Origin: Heptranchias perlo
Lineage: Eukaryota
Direction: 5' to 3'
Length of the DNA: 64,000 nucleotides
Assembly: GCF_035084215.1 (NCBI RefSeq)
Contig: NC_090357.1
Coordinates: forward strand, 8,556,001-8,620,000
The notes under the pieces are model-generated. The model searched no databases. It saw only the letters and a program-made list of their open reading frames with translations, and had not been told where the DNA came from. A program made the position numbers and the translations under genes. Each line of letters opens with the position of its first letter. The stretch's first letter is position 1. Of this stretch, positions 53,503 to 64,000 are shown piece after piece.

Positions 53503-53950
53503 CATAGTATCATAGTAGGTATAGCACAGGAGGAGGCCATTTCAAGCTTTGAAAGAGCTATCCAATTAGTCCCGTTCCCCTGCTCTTTCCCCATAGCCCT
53601 ATAAATATTTTCCCTTCAAATATTTATCTAATTCCCTTTTGAAAGTTACTATTGAATCTGCTTCCACCACCTTTTCAGGCAGTGCATTCCAGGTCATTAA
53701 AACTCGCTGCTTAAAAAAATGTTTCCTCATGTCGCCTCTGGCTCTTTTGCTGATCTCCTTAAATCTGCATCCTCTGGTTACCGACCCTTCTGCCACTGGA
53801 AACAGTTTCTCCTTGTTTACCCAGTCAAAACCGTTCATGATTTTGAACACCTCTATCAAATTTCCCCTTTACCTTCTCGGTTCTAAGGAGAACAACCCCA
53901 GCTTCTCCAGTCTCTCCACATAACTGAAGTCCCTCATCCCTGGTACCATG
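53503..53950 (-). mobile_element. CR1 3' fragment
   Basis: Minus ORF 53599-53859 IEVFKIMNGFDWVNKEKLFP..TWNALPEKVVEADSIVTFKRELDKYL. Confidence 0.92.
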
Positions 53951-54138
53951 GTACCATTCAAGTATTATAGATCTCTGTGAAGACGAGATTCAAACATACG
54001 ATGTGCAGATGGATTGGTCATTAAAATTATCGAGAAAACGTGTACAATGAATAATGACTTCAGGAGACAAAGTACAAACTTCACTGACCTAAATCCTTTC
54101 ACCAGCACAAACCTACATATACATTTACAGTACGTTTC

Positions 54139-55926
54139 TTACAGTCAGAAACGGGAGAATTTATAATGAGGAACAAAGAAATGGCACAGCAATTAAACAA
54201 ATACTTTGGTTCTGTCTTCACGGAAGAGAACACAAATAACTTCCCAGAAATGCTAGGGAACTCAGGGTCTAGTGAGAAGGAGGAATTAAAGAAAATTAAT
54301 ATTAGTAAAAAAATAGTGCTGGAGAAATTAATGGGACTGAAAGCCGATAAATCCCCAGGGCCTGATAATCTGCATCCCAGAGTACTAAAAGAGGTAGCCA
54401 TGGAAATAATGGATACATTGGTTGTCATCTTCCGAAATTCTATAGATTATGGAATAGTTCCTGCAGATTGGAGGGTGGCAAATGTAACCCCATTATTTAA
54501 AAAAGGAGGGAGAGAGAAAACAAGGAACTACAGACCGGTTGGCCTAACATCAGTAGTAGGGAAAATGCTAGAGTCTATTATAAAGGATGTGATAACAGGA
54601 CACTTAGAAAATATCAACCGGATTAGACAAAGTCAACATGGATTTATGAAAGGGAAATTGTGTTTGACAAACCTACAAGAGTTTTTTGAGGATGTAACTG
54701 ATAGAATAGACCAGTGGATGTGGTGTATTTGGATTTTCAGAAGGCCTTTGATAAAGTCCCACATAAGAGGTTAGTGTGCAAAATTAAAGCACATGGGATT
54801 GGGGTAATATACAGGCATGGATTGAAAATTGGTTAACAGACAGGAAACAGAGAGTAGGAATAAATGGGTCTTTTTCGGAGTGGCACGTGGTGACTAGTGG
54901 GGTACCGCAGGGATCAGTGGTTGGGCCCCAGCTATTCACAATATATTTCAATGATTTGGATTAGGGAACCAAATGTAATATTTCCAGTTTTGCTGACGAC
55001 ACAAAACTAGGTGGGATTGTGAGTTGTGAGGAGGATGCAAAGAAGCTTCAAGGCAATTTAGACAAGTTGAGTGAGTGGGCAAATACATGGCGGATGCAGT
55101 ATAATGTGGATAAATGTGAAGTTATCCACTTCGGAAGAAAAAACAGAAAGGCAGAGTATTATTTAAATGGTGATAGATTGAGAAATGTTGATGTACAAAG
55201 GGACCTGGGTGTCCTTGTACACCAGTCACTGAAAGCAAACATGCAGGTGCAGCAAGCAGTTAGGAAGGCAAATGGTATGTTGGCCTTCATTGCAAGAGGA
55301 TTTGAATACAGGAGCAAGGATGTCTTACTGCAGTTATACAGGGTCTTGGTGAGACCACATCTGGAGTATTGTGTGTAGTTTTGGTCTCCTTACCTAAGAA
55401 AGGATAAAGTTGCCATAGAGGGAATGCAGCAAAGGTTCACCAGATTGATTCCTGGGATGGCAGGACTGTCGTATGAGGAGATTTTGGGTCGACTCGGCCT
55501 GTATTCACTAGAGTTTAGAAGAATGAGAGGGGATCTCTTTGAAATGTATAAAATTCTGACAGGGCTAGACAGACTGGATGCGGGGAGGATGTTTCCCCTG
55601 GCGGAGGGGTCTAGAACGAGGGGTCACAGTCTCAGGATACGGGGTAGGACATTTAGGACTGAGATGAGGAGAAATTTCTTCACTCAGAGGATGGTGAACC
55701 TGTGGAATTCTCTACCACAGAAGGCTGTGGAGGCCAAGTCACTGAATATATTTAAGAAGGAGATAGATAGATTTCTAAACTCAGAAGGCATCAAGGGTAT
55801 GGGGAGAGAGCGGGAATATGGTATTGAGATAGAGGATCAGCCATGACCATATTGAATGGTGGAGCAGGCTCGAAGGGCCGAATGGCCTACTCCTGCTCCT
55901 ATTTTCCATGTTTCTATGTTTCTATG
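54139..55926 (+). mobile_element. CR1 LINE, 5'-truncated 1.8 kb, RT domain disrupted by frameshifts and stops
   Basis: KSPGPDNLHPRVLKE, DWRVANVTPLFKKG, NYRPVGLTSVVGKMLE, QHGFMKGKLCLTNL, FADDTKL (near 54989), LVRPHLEYCV. Terminal (tttctatg)n repeats. Confidence 0.95.
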
Positions 55927-55954
55927 GTTAAGCAAACCATACTTGACCTCTCCT

Positions 55955-56132
55955 GATAGTTCAATGGATAAATGCACAGAGAGGTGTAGTGCACAGCACC
56001 TGCAGACTGAAAATGTTTCTGGTTTGTGCTGAGTCAGCTGATCTCAGGGAGGGGATTGGATGGCAGTGTGAATTGTTGTCACTGCTCTTGGATGCGGGAG
56101 GAGAAAAAATCCGCCATGGTTCCCACACCCAG
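55955..56132 (+). mobile_element. tRNA-derived SINE family A fragment
   Basis: ctggtttgtgctgagtcagctgatctcagg..aaaatccgccatggttccc. Confidence 0.55.
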
Positions 56133-56148
56133 TAAAGAAAATAAAGAA

Positions 56149-56434
56149 AGGACTTGTATTTATATCGGCCCTTGCACAAACTCAGGACGTTCCAAAGCAC
56201 TTTACAGCCAATTAATTACTTTTGAAGTGTAATGTAGGAAATGCGGCAGCCAATTTGTGCACAGCAATGAGATAATCTGTTTTCGTGATGTTGGTTGAAG
56301 GATAAATTTTGGCTAGGATACCAGGGAGAACTCCCCTGCTCTTCTTCGAATAGTGCCATGGGATCTTTTAAGTCCACCTGAGAGGGCAGACAGGCCCTAG
56401 GTTTTAATGTCTCATCCAAAACTGGAAGTGCAAC
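56149..56434 (-). mobile_element. SacSINE1/DeuSINE-like SINE lacking its head
   Basis: ggacttgtatttatatc..ccaaagcactttacagccaat..gaactcccctgctcttc..tccacctgagagggcagac. Confidence 0.85.
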
Positions 56435-57171
56435 ATGTTGACCTGATCAACTAGCTCACTGAAGCTCAGGCTTCTTTTAGTGTCAGTGGATGTTTGCACT
56501 GCAGGTTGCTAAAGCTCAGATCTCGCACAGCATAGATCGTGTGCTAGCACCGCTGTTCAAACAGCAGAGAGGTGAATCCCATGCGTTCGTATGCTAACAT
56601 CTCACGGCACAATTTCAAGGTTGGTGTCATTATAAACCTCTCAATATAACAAGTCCTGTTCCCTGGCCCAGACTGAAGCTCTGTTACAGTCAATGAAGGA
56701 GTTACAACCATAAGAACTTGAAGCCTGGGTAATCACAAAACAGGAATAAAAATAAAACAAATCATAATTTGGGAAACCCAATGTTTGCCTCATTCATTTC
56801 TTGCCCCATTCATTTACTTTTAAATGAATGGATTTCAGTTTAAATCGCATCCTTGTCTTTGTAAATCCTGCTGTCTTAGTTGCTCATCCCCCAATAAATA
56901 GTTTATATGTTGTACAAGAATTGTGCTGATGGTGTCCAGCTCCTGGCACAGCCCAGAATCAAACTTGTTGAAATTCACTAAAGCCTACAGCTGGGGTGAC
57001 CCATTTTTACCGAGACCTCTCTGGCCCACGGCCTTACCGATGTCCGGCCAGTTACATCTGGATTGCAGCCAGCTGTGCATGACCCAGATGTCAGCAATCA
57101 GGACCCACCGACGAGAGCCTTAGTGCAGTATAAAAGCAGCTTAAGAGTGCAGCCAATCCAAGCTGTCTTAC

Positions 57172-57625
57172 ATATATACCTACATACCAAAATGACGGGC
57201 AAGAAAAGACCAGCTAGCCCATCAAGCCTGTCCCACACTCATGAAGCCTGGAGCAGCCTGACTAGACTCTTCCAACTCCTCCGCAGGAATGTAATCTCCT
57301 GGAAGAAGCAAAAAAAAACAGAAAAAAAAACTGGCCAATGAAAATCTGGAATATTCCTCTCCGACCCCCTCAGACGATCGAAGCCAGTCCAGGAGGTCAC
57401 ATTGACCGTGCATACATTAACTGAAAATCCGCTTACCTTTCATATGATGCGATCTTTGCCCCAGTCGAGAAACGGTCCAGCTCCCTCTTGTAGGCATACA
57501 GAGAGTCAGCACCCACTAGACCAGCCAGCAACCCATTCCAGAGGCTCACTACTCTTCAGGAAAAGAAGAACCGCCCATCGTCTATTATATTCCTACTTCT
57601 GCCTAGTTTGAATGCATGTCTCCGG
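57172..57625 (-). mobile_element. CR1 family with long 3' UTR, 3' fragment
   Basis: Colinear with 62740-63152 (aatgac.g.ca.gaaaagacc, aatattcctctccgacc, gccccagtc.gaaac). Confidence 0.7.
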
Positions 57626-58869
57626 GTCCCCCCTAATTATCGTTATATAACAACAGTCACTGCACTTTAAAAGTAATTCATTTTGCGAAGTGTTTTGAGC
57701 TGATAAGTCGCTGTACAAATGCAAATGATCGTATTATAGGGGCATTAAGATCCTGTGTTATTTGATCTTCTCAATGTAACACAAAGGTGTACATTTCTAC
57801 AATTGGGCGCTGCTAAAAAAAAATACTTGTGTAGGTTGTTCCATTTTAAACACAAAAATCAAAATGTATTTTCTTCCAGCTCACTCTTTGATATAGGTCC
57901 ATTTACAGGCTACACTCTGATTGTTTCAGTTCCCTTCTGTCTCGTAAGTGTGATTTGTTTTAGTAGTGCATTGTAAATTATCGGTTAAACTTTGCCATGA
58001 GAAGCTGGAGAAGATTAAAGATCGTGTACCTGTTTCATGATGCTCCTCATTTTCCAGTGAGCAATCACCAGGATTGAAGGGGAGGAAGAAAAAAAATGTA
58101 TTTCAGTTTCATTGGGAAAAAAAATGGTACCAACCATTTCAATCGCAAGGGGAAATTCTCTTAAAGCCTAAATACGCCTAGTTTAAAAAAAGCTTCATTA
58201 TGGACGGCTTTCCCAGCAATGGCACCAGTGCAATAAACCAGTAAAGAAAGAGGAAGTGAGCATTTACAGTGGTTATTAGCTCACAGGCAGAGCTGAGAAC
58301 TTGGGTAGTTTCTGGGCAATAATCAGAAACAGACGCCCACCTTTTAAGTGGTTGTTATTCTTAGCTTATGGGAACCTCTCTGATTCATGCCATGTCAACT
58401 GACTGAACAGGCTGGGTATTTACTGTGGGTTTTAGCCCATTTCCCAAACACACTGAACTCTGGATTCTGATCACCCAGATCAATGTTTCAAAAGCTGTGA
58501 AGCCCCCATAATTTTACTTACTCATAAAATATTTCTTTTTTTGTGTTGTTGATTGTTCGTGTTTTCCCTTTTCTTGTGGTTTCCCCGAGCCATGTGCCTC
58601 CCTTGGCCTAGAGCTGCAGCAGGCACTCAGAGGGGTATAAGGACAGCAGTCTCTGCTATTTTCCTCCCTCCTGTAGATTGGGGCCTCCCCACAGTGTTAC
58701 TGTTGTTGACTGGGGAGACAGTAGAGTGGGCAATTTGAGCCTGCAACCCCCTAAACTATGCTCCCACATGCTGACACTACAACACACTGCGCAACTGTCT
58801 GAACTCCAATGTACTAAAGACGCAAATCAAAGATTACCTGATGGCTCCATTGGCCTAGCTGGTTTGAGC

Positions 58870-59582
58870 TGTGGAAATGCATAAAGAGATACCTGACCAT
58901 ATTAACTTTCTAATACACTTAAACCATAAATGTGGACCTGACCATATTAACTTTCTAATACCCTTAAACCATAAAAAGAAGAAATGCATGATGGATATTT
59001 GACCATATTAACTCTTTGTTGGCTCACATAATGGGGTAGCTACAGCACACACACAGAAAGGCACAATTGTGTAATTACGTTTAAGCCTTGGTATGTTGAT
59101 AATTAAGTTAGCTGAGCAGGTGCTTAGCACCGTCTGGCCCCCCTAGCAGATAAGGGTATTGCTGACTATAAAGTATAATGAGAATACAGTTTCTTGAAAG
59201 GCCATGTGGCCTTGAGACCGACTTCAGCCCTACTGATAACCAGGACAAGAATGTGGGGAGGATGAGTGTGCTCAGGCCTACGAGGCCTACGTGCCAAGAT
59301 AGGAATGAGCTATGGACGTTCAGTGGGGGTAGGCTCACTACTTGATTGACCAACTACCTGAACCAATAAAGAATGTACGTGTACGCCCATATTCTACGAC
59401 AGGTGGGCGTACACGATTAACTGTATAAACATGAGCTGTTTCACTGACTCGAAGAAGCTGCGCCTTCAACCTTTGCTTGAGGGCGCTCTTCCCTTGTATA
59501 CAAGTCAATTAAAGTAAAACTTTTCCCTTTGTGATACTGGTCTGGGTGTGTTAGTGCATTGGTATAGTGTTAAGTTTCTACA
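58870..59582 (+). mobile_element. Solo LTR (713 bp), ERV- or Gypsy-type
   Basis: Termini TGTGGAAA...TTTCTACA. Perfect 4-bp TSD GAGC (58866-58869, 59583-59586). 45-bp-period repeat near the 5' end, CCAAT at 59363, TATAAA at 59424, ATTAAA at 59508. Confidence 0.85.
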
Positions 59583-59796
59583 GAGCGATTGAGATTTATA
59601 GACCAGTGAGGCCCCAGCTTCAATCTCCAGCCTCTACTAGTGACAGTCTCGATGCTACAGTTGGTCAAGAGGAAAAGAATCACCCAAGGTCCCATTCTTG
59701 ATCATTACATGATGACCCCCTATTAGAATTGGATCTTGGATGAGAACAATGCTTGGCTATAAATCTCTCCACAGCTGCATGGCCTGCTGACACTTG

Positions 59797-59914
59797 GGGG
59801 TAGAATTTCAACTTGCCACCTGACCTGGAAAATGAAAATTGGGCGGTTTCTGTAATGGCCGCCTGATCTGCGAAGCCAGATTTATGTCTGGGCGGCCGGT
59901 TGAAAATCCACCCC
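59797..59914. mobile_element. Short Harbinger-type MITE
   Basis: TIRs GGGGTAGAATTTCAAC and (reverse complement) GGGGTGGATTTTCAAC. Flanks TTG / GTG. Confidence 0.7.
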
Positions 59915-60438
59915 GTGGTTATTCACGGGCTCAGATGTGAATAATGGCCACTTGGGCGGAATGGTGTTCCAACAAGGATTCAATGGGGGAAAAAAAATTG
60001 GATAGGGCCTGTTTTTGGGCGGGAGCAGCACAATCCACTATTACCCCGCGTCCAATGGCCCCTGCGCGGGCAGGACGAGACTTTCGTCACACCTGAGGAC
60101 TTACCTGCAATCTGCGTTGGAAATCAGCGTTGAACGAGGATTCCATGCAATTTGCATTTCGACCAACAGGGGGAGTCCAACCTCTTAAAGGCAGGCTGTC
60201 TGTCAGAAATCTCTTAAATGTATCTGGTACCTGTTAATTGCTGAAAATAACAGTCTGCTGTCTGCACGGAGATCAGACATCGCACAAGTAAAGCACAGAT
60301 GCAGGTCCCGTCCCTATGTTTACACACTGATGAGTTATGTTAAAACATTGAATAAAGGTTGCACACTACTAAATCCCACATCCTCCAATCTGCATTCCAG
60401 ACCTCACCAATCTGCCGATCTGAGTTGGTACCAGGTCT

Positions 60439-60990
60439 GCGAGAGTGCATGCACCAAGGTTCTCTGCTGACGCACCAGAGGTCTTGGTGCAAGAGCTGGA
60501 CAGAAAGACGGACATCCTATATCCGCAGTGGGGGGGGGGGGGGGGGGAGGGGGGCAAGAGGCCCTCCAGACATATACCCAAAAGGCAGTGGGAGGCAGTG
60601 GGGGACGAAGTCAATGCCAGGAGCACAGCATCATGAACATGGATGCAGTGCAAGAAGAAGTTCAGTGCTTTGACACGAGTGGTCAAGGTGAGTGAGGCCA
60701 ACTGTCAAGTGGCGTCTCCTACCAACTACACCACTAGCCGCATCCACTGCTCCACGCATTACACCCCCATTACCCACATACCGACAAACTCTTTCCATCA
60801 TTACTCAACTCTGCCAATCAGATGCTTCCTCCCACCCTCACACATTACCACTGTTGCAAGCCGCCCACCCACAACTCACAGGCCACACACACTGGCAGCT
60901 ATTCAATCATGACAGGCACATCACCCAGACACACGTCCCACTTTCTTGCAGGAGAAGTTGGCGCATATCAGGAGGCAGCAAGTGGCAGTG
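60439..60990 (+). pseudogene. Harbinger Myb/SANT-like (NAIF1/MSANTD-type) DNA-binding protein, two exons, disrupted
   Basis: RVHAPRFSADAPEVLVQELDRKTDILYPQ..KRPSRHIPKRQWEAVGDEVNARSTAS*TWMQCKKKFSALTRVVK, donor AAG|GTGAGT at 60688, acceptor ttcttgcAG at 60951, exon 2 EKLAHIRRQQ. In-frame TGA at 60634, a G18 run, and truncation by CR1. Confidence 0.85.
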
Positions 60991-62000
60991 GCATTCAGCC
61001 CCTCGAGCCTGTTAAATGAGATCATGGTGGACCTGTGACCTAACTCTATATACCCACCTTAGCTCCATATCCCTTAATACCCTTGGTTCACAGAAATCGA
61101 TCAATCTTAATGGCGAGAAACTGGAAAGTACTGCAGTACAAAGGGATCTGGGGGTCCTAGTGCAAGAAAATCAAAAAGTTAGTTTGCAGGTGCAGCAGGT
61201 GGTCAAGAAGGCCAACGGAATGTTGGCTTTTATTGCTAGGGGGATAGAATATAAAAACAGGGAGGTATTGCTGCAGTTATATAAGGTATTGGTGAGACCG
61301 CACCTGGAATACTGCATACAGTTTTGGTGTCCATACTTAAGAAAAGACATACTTGCTCTCGAGGCAGTACAAAGAAGGTTCACTCGGTTAATCCCGGGGA
61401 TGAGTAGATTGGGACTCTACTCATTGGAGTTCAGAAGAATGAGAGGTGATCTTATTGAAACATAAAAGATTGTGAAGGGGCTTGATCGGGTGGATGCGGT
61501 AAGGATGTTCCCAAGGAAGGGTGAAACTAGAACTAGGGGGCATAATCTTAGAATAAGGGGCTGCTCTTTCAAAACTGAGATGAGGAGAAACTTCTTCACT
61601 CAGAGGGTAGTAGGTCTGTGGAATTTGCTGCCCCAGGAAGCTGTGGAAGCTACATCATTGAATAAATTTAAAACAGAAATAGACAGTTTCCTAGAAGTAA
61701 AAGGAATTAGGGGTTACGGGGAGCGGGCAGGAAATTGGACATGAATTTAGATTTGAGGTTAGGATCAGATCAGTCATGATCTTATTGAATGGCGGAGCAG
61801 GCTCGAGGGGCCGATTGGCCTACTCCTGCTCCTATTTCTTATGTTCTTATGTTCTTAGAATTCACAATTGAGCTAGCATCAACTGCCATTTGCAGAAGAG
61901 CGTTCCAAACTTCTCCCACCCTTTGCGTGTAGAAGCGTTTCCTAACTTCACTCCTGCACGTCCTGGCTCTAAATGTTAGGCTATGTCCCCTGGTCCTAGT
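60990..62000 (-). mobile_element. CR1 3' fragment nested in the Harbinger element, itself split at about 61107-61856
   Basis: cattcagcccctcgagcctg..aaatcgatcaatct resumes as gaattcacaattgagctagcatcaactgcc. Minus ORF TRGHSLTFRARTCRSEVRKRFYTQRVGEVWNAL. Confidence 0.8.
61107..61856 (+). mobile_element. CR1 3' fragment (innermost, youngest layer)
   Basis: LNGEKLESTAVQRDLGVLV..KKANGMLAFIARGIEYK..LVRPHLEYCIQFW. Tail (ttcttatg)n. Confidence 0.93.
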
Positions 62001-62739
62001 ATTCATGTCTAGGAGACCTCCAAAAACAGTTACAAATGTCTCGGCAGCCAGAAGCAATAATCCAGCCACAAACCTGTAATCCTGCTTGGTCCCTTTAAAT
62101 AGCGCTGGTGAGGGGTCCTCCAGGCACTCTAAGACACGTTCAGATGGTCGGGGTTAAGACTGTGCGTTGAGATGAGCGTTAAGTCCCAAAATTGTGTCTA
62201 TCACTTTAAATCAGCGTTGCACACTGATTGAAGCCATTTTCTCCCTACTTTACATGATTCCATAGTTCGTTATCTGCGCCTGCACTAACTCCTATACCAA
62301 GATGGCGTCCGGCGCACGTCACACCGGAAACGTGCGTGCGCGTCCAAGACGCCATCTTGATGTCCGAGAGGCCGTGTAGCGCCATAACAACGGGCGCTAC
62401 TCGGCCCAATTTAGCGCCCAATGTCTTCAGGAGAGGAGGCGTAGGGGAGAAAATAAACTGGTGTGGAGAAAGCAGCACTAATTCCGTTTAATCACAGGAA
62501 TTTTATAGAGTAAACGTACAGATTGGCCATTACAGCCATTAGTCAAGTGATGAGGGTACGATCAGACCCCCCCATGGCCTCGCCTCTTACTTAAGCCTCT
62601 GGCTGAAATCGTGCTCACATAGTTGGATAGTCACCTTCCAAAGGTAATCAAATTCAATAGACGTTGGTGTTCACTATCTCAACTAATTATTATTATATTT
62701 AACTTTAAAGGGGGAAAAGCAAAATGTGACTCTTTATGA

Positions 62740-63152
62740 CATACATACAACAATGACAGACAGGAAAAGACCCACTGGTCCATCCAGCCTGTCCCATGCA
62801 ATTGTGCATCATGATACAGGCACTTCCCACTCCTCCTGGAAAGCCACGTTATCTCCAGGGAGAGGTGAAAAAAACAGAAAAATCCCAGGCCAATTATCTG
62901 AATAATTCCTCTCCGACCTCCTTAGGCGATTGAAACTAGTCGAGGAGACCTCTCCGGCCCTGATTAATGTTATCCCGTACCTTTCTTTTATACGAGGTGA
63001 TCTCCGCCCCAGTCAGAAACAGTCGCTGGAAGGAATTTAGCGAATCAGTGTTCACCGCACGAGCCAGCAGCCTGTTTGCACAGGTCCATTATTCTCTGGG
63101 AAAAGAATCACCTCCTGACATCTAACTTAGCTCTGGCCTTGCATAATTTGAG
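62740..63152 (-). mobile_element. CR1 family with long 3' UTR, 3' fragment
   Basis: Reverse complement encodes LKLCKARAKLDVRR*FFSQRI (CR1 C-terminal motif), then a long UTR ending in (gtat)n. Confidence 0.75.
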
Positions 63153-63615
63153 ATTGCTCACTTGTCACCGATTTCAGAGGGACCGGAACGGTTGGAGCAG
63201 AACTAAACATGGAGGGTCAGCCCGTTAGTGCTCGCTCCGCATACTGTGCTAAAATTACCAAAGGCAGGAATTATGGACGCTTGGTGCCCGAAGTGGGAAA
63301 GTGATCCCGAAACCAACATCCTTCACCTCAATGAGAACAAAAATTCACAGCAATAAAGAAGTTTGAATGCAGTGAACTAAAATTACATAGAAACTGTGGA
63401 CACCAGGGAATGCTTACAAGTCAATAATCTAATCAAAGAGTTCCAGTGATATAATAAACCTTAAGAAACAAAGTCCTATCGTTTATAACTGTTATCTTAC
63501 CTGATTAGATTATTGTCTCAGAATCATTCACTTGCACATGTTGTTGTTTATGATGCCTGCCTTTTCTTCCTGCTTTTTTGGTCGATGCTTGTGCTAGCAG
63601 TGTGAATGACACCTT

Positions 63616-63860
63616 GGGGGTGATTTTAAACCCTAAGAACGGGTGGGTTGGGGGTTGGTGGGAGTTGAGACTAATTGTTTTTTTGGGTCACGACCGCAAC
63701 CCGGCTTTATTTCCGGGTTTAACGTCGGGGCGGAAAAGTACAGGCTTCCCACTGGGAATGCAAAGTCCCAAAATTTTGCGGTTGTGATCCAAAAAAACAA
63801 CTATTTTCAACTCCCACCCGCCCCCAAACCCACCCGCTCTTGGGGTTTAAAATCACCCCC
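63616..63860. mobile_element. Harbinger-type MITE with about 80-bp TIRs
   Basis: GGGGGTGATTTTAAACCC.AAGA.CGGGTGGGTT.. is mirrored at the right end. TSD CTT (63613-63615, 63861-63863). Confidence 0.9.
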
Positions 63861-64000
63861 CTTGTCGCTATGCTCTATAAGCACTTTTAGGTTGATAGTG
63901 CCACCTACAGCAAGGTACTATCCCTGCAGTTGCTAGCTGACCATAATATAAAGTGGGTGAACTCCAAGCCCCCAGCAATACCTGTGACCTAAATTTTTGT

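Larger units (their letters stand above)
59985..62419 (+). mobile_element. Internally deleted Harbinger transposon retaining the Myb/SANT gene 5' part, no transposase
   Basis: Ends GGGGGAAAAAAAATTGG and (reverse complement) GGGCGCTAAATTGG. TSD AAT (59982-59984, 62420-62422). Removal restores the host SINE. Confidence 0.8.
58843..62455 (+). mobile_element. SINE family A copy split into four pieces by three insertions
   Basis: Pieces 58843-58869 (A-box tggcctagctgg), 59587-59796, 59915-59984 and 62423-62455 join into a sequence colinear with the copy at 105-460 (aataatggccacttg..caagga.tcaa...cttcaggagagg). Confidence 0.75.

Noticed and set aside
54166-55846. Possible intact or domesticated reverse transcriptase gene
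   Set aside because: 5'-truncated, with several frameshifts and stops; an ordinary dead CR1 copy.
58891-59013. CRISPR-like direct repeats
   Set aside because: Only two full 40-bp units with a 5-bp spacer, inside an LTR in a vertebrate genome.
60990-61856. Twin-priming inversion of a single LINE
   Set aside because: The minus-strand piece resumes after 61856, so these are two independent nested CR1 insertions.
25900-64000. PAFAH1B2 or SIDT2 exons expected from mammalian synteny
   Set aside because: No matching peptide seen in the ORF track or by eye; short exons could have been missed.

Overview
Eukaryotic, repeat-rich vertebrate DNA, very probably from a shark or ray, inferred from HE1/HER1-type and SacSINE1-type retroposons. 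The only protein-coding sequence I can support is the first coding exon of SIK3 (salt-inducible kinase 3) on the minus strand (25317-25472), inside a CpG-island promoter with a perfect CRE next to an octamer. Bases 1-25316 are SIK3 intron 1 (exon 2 not seen), and about 25.8-64 kb is upstream, apparently intergenic DNA. Nearly all other ORFs in the track are decayed CR1/HER1/L2 reverse-transcriptase fragments or chance ORFs. I found no convincing new multi-gene system. The most notable items are: (i) an orphan CRE plus double RFX X-box cluster at 46.7 kb, bracketed by two convergent identical CTCF-like 12-mers; (ii) a nested transposon stack at 58.8-62.5 kb, where one SINE is split by a 713-bp solo LTR, a MITE and a Harbinger element carrying an intron-containing Myb/SANT pseudogene that itself holds two nested CR1s; (iii) several Harbinger-type elements with non-canonical 3-bp target duplications; (iv) Penelope-like fragments with a hammerhead-like core. 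Repeat family names come from recalled consensus sequences, not database searches. Boundaries of decayed repeats are approximate.
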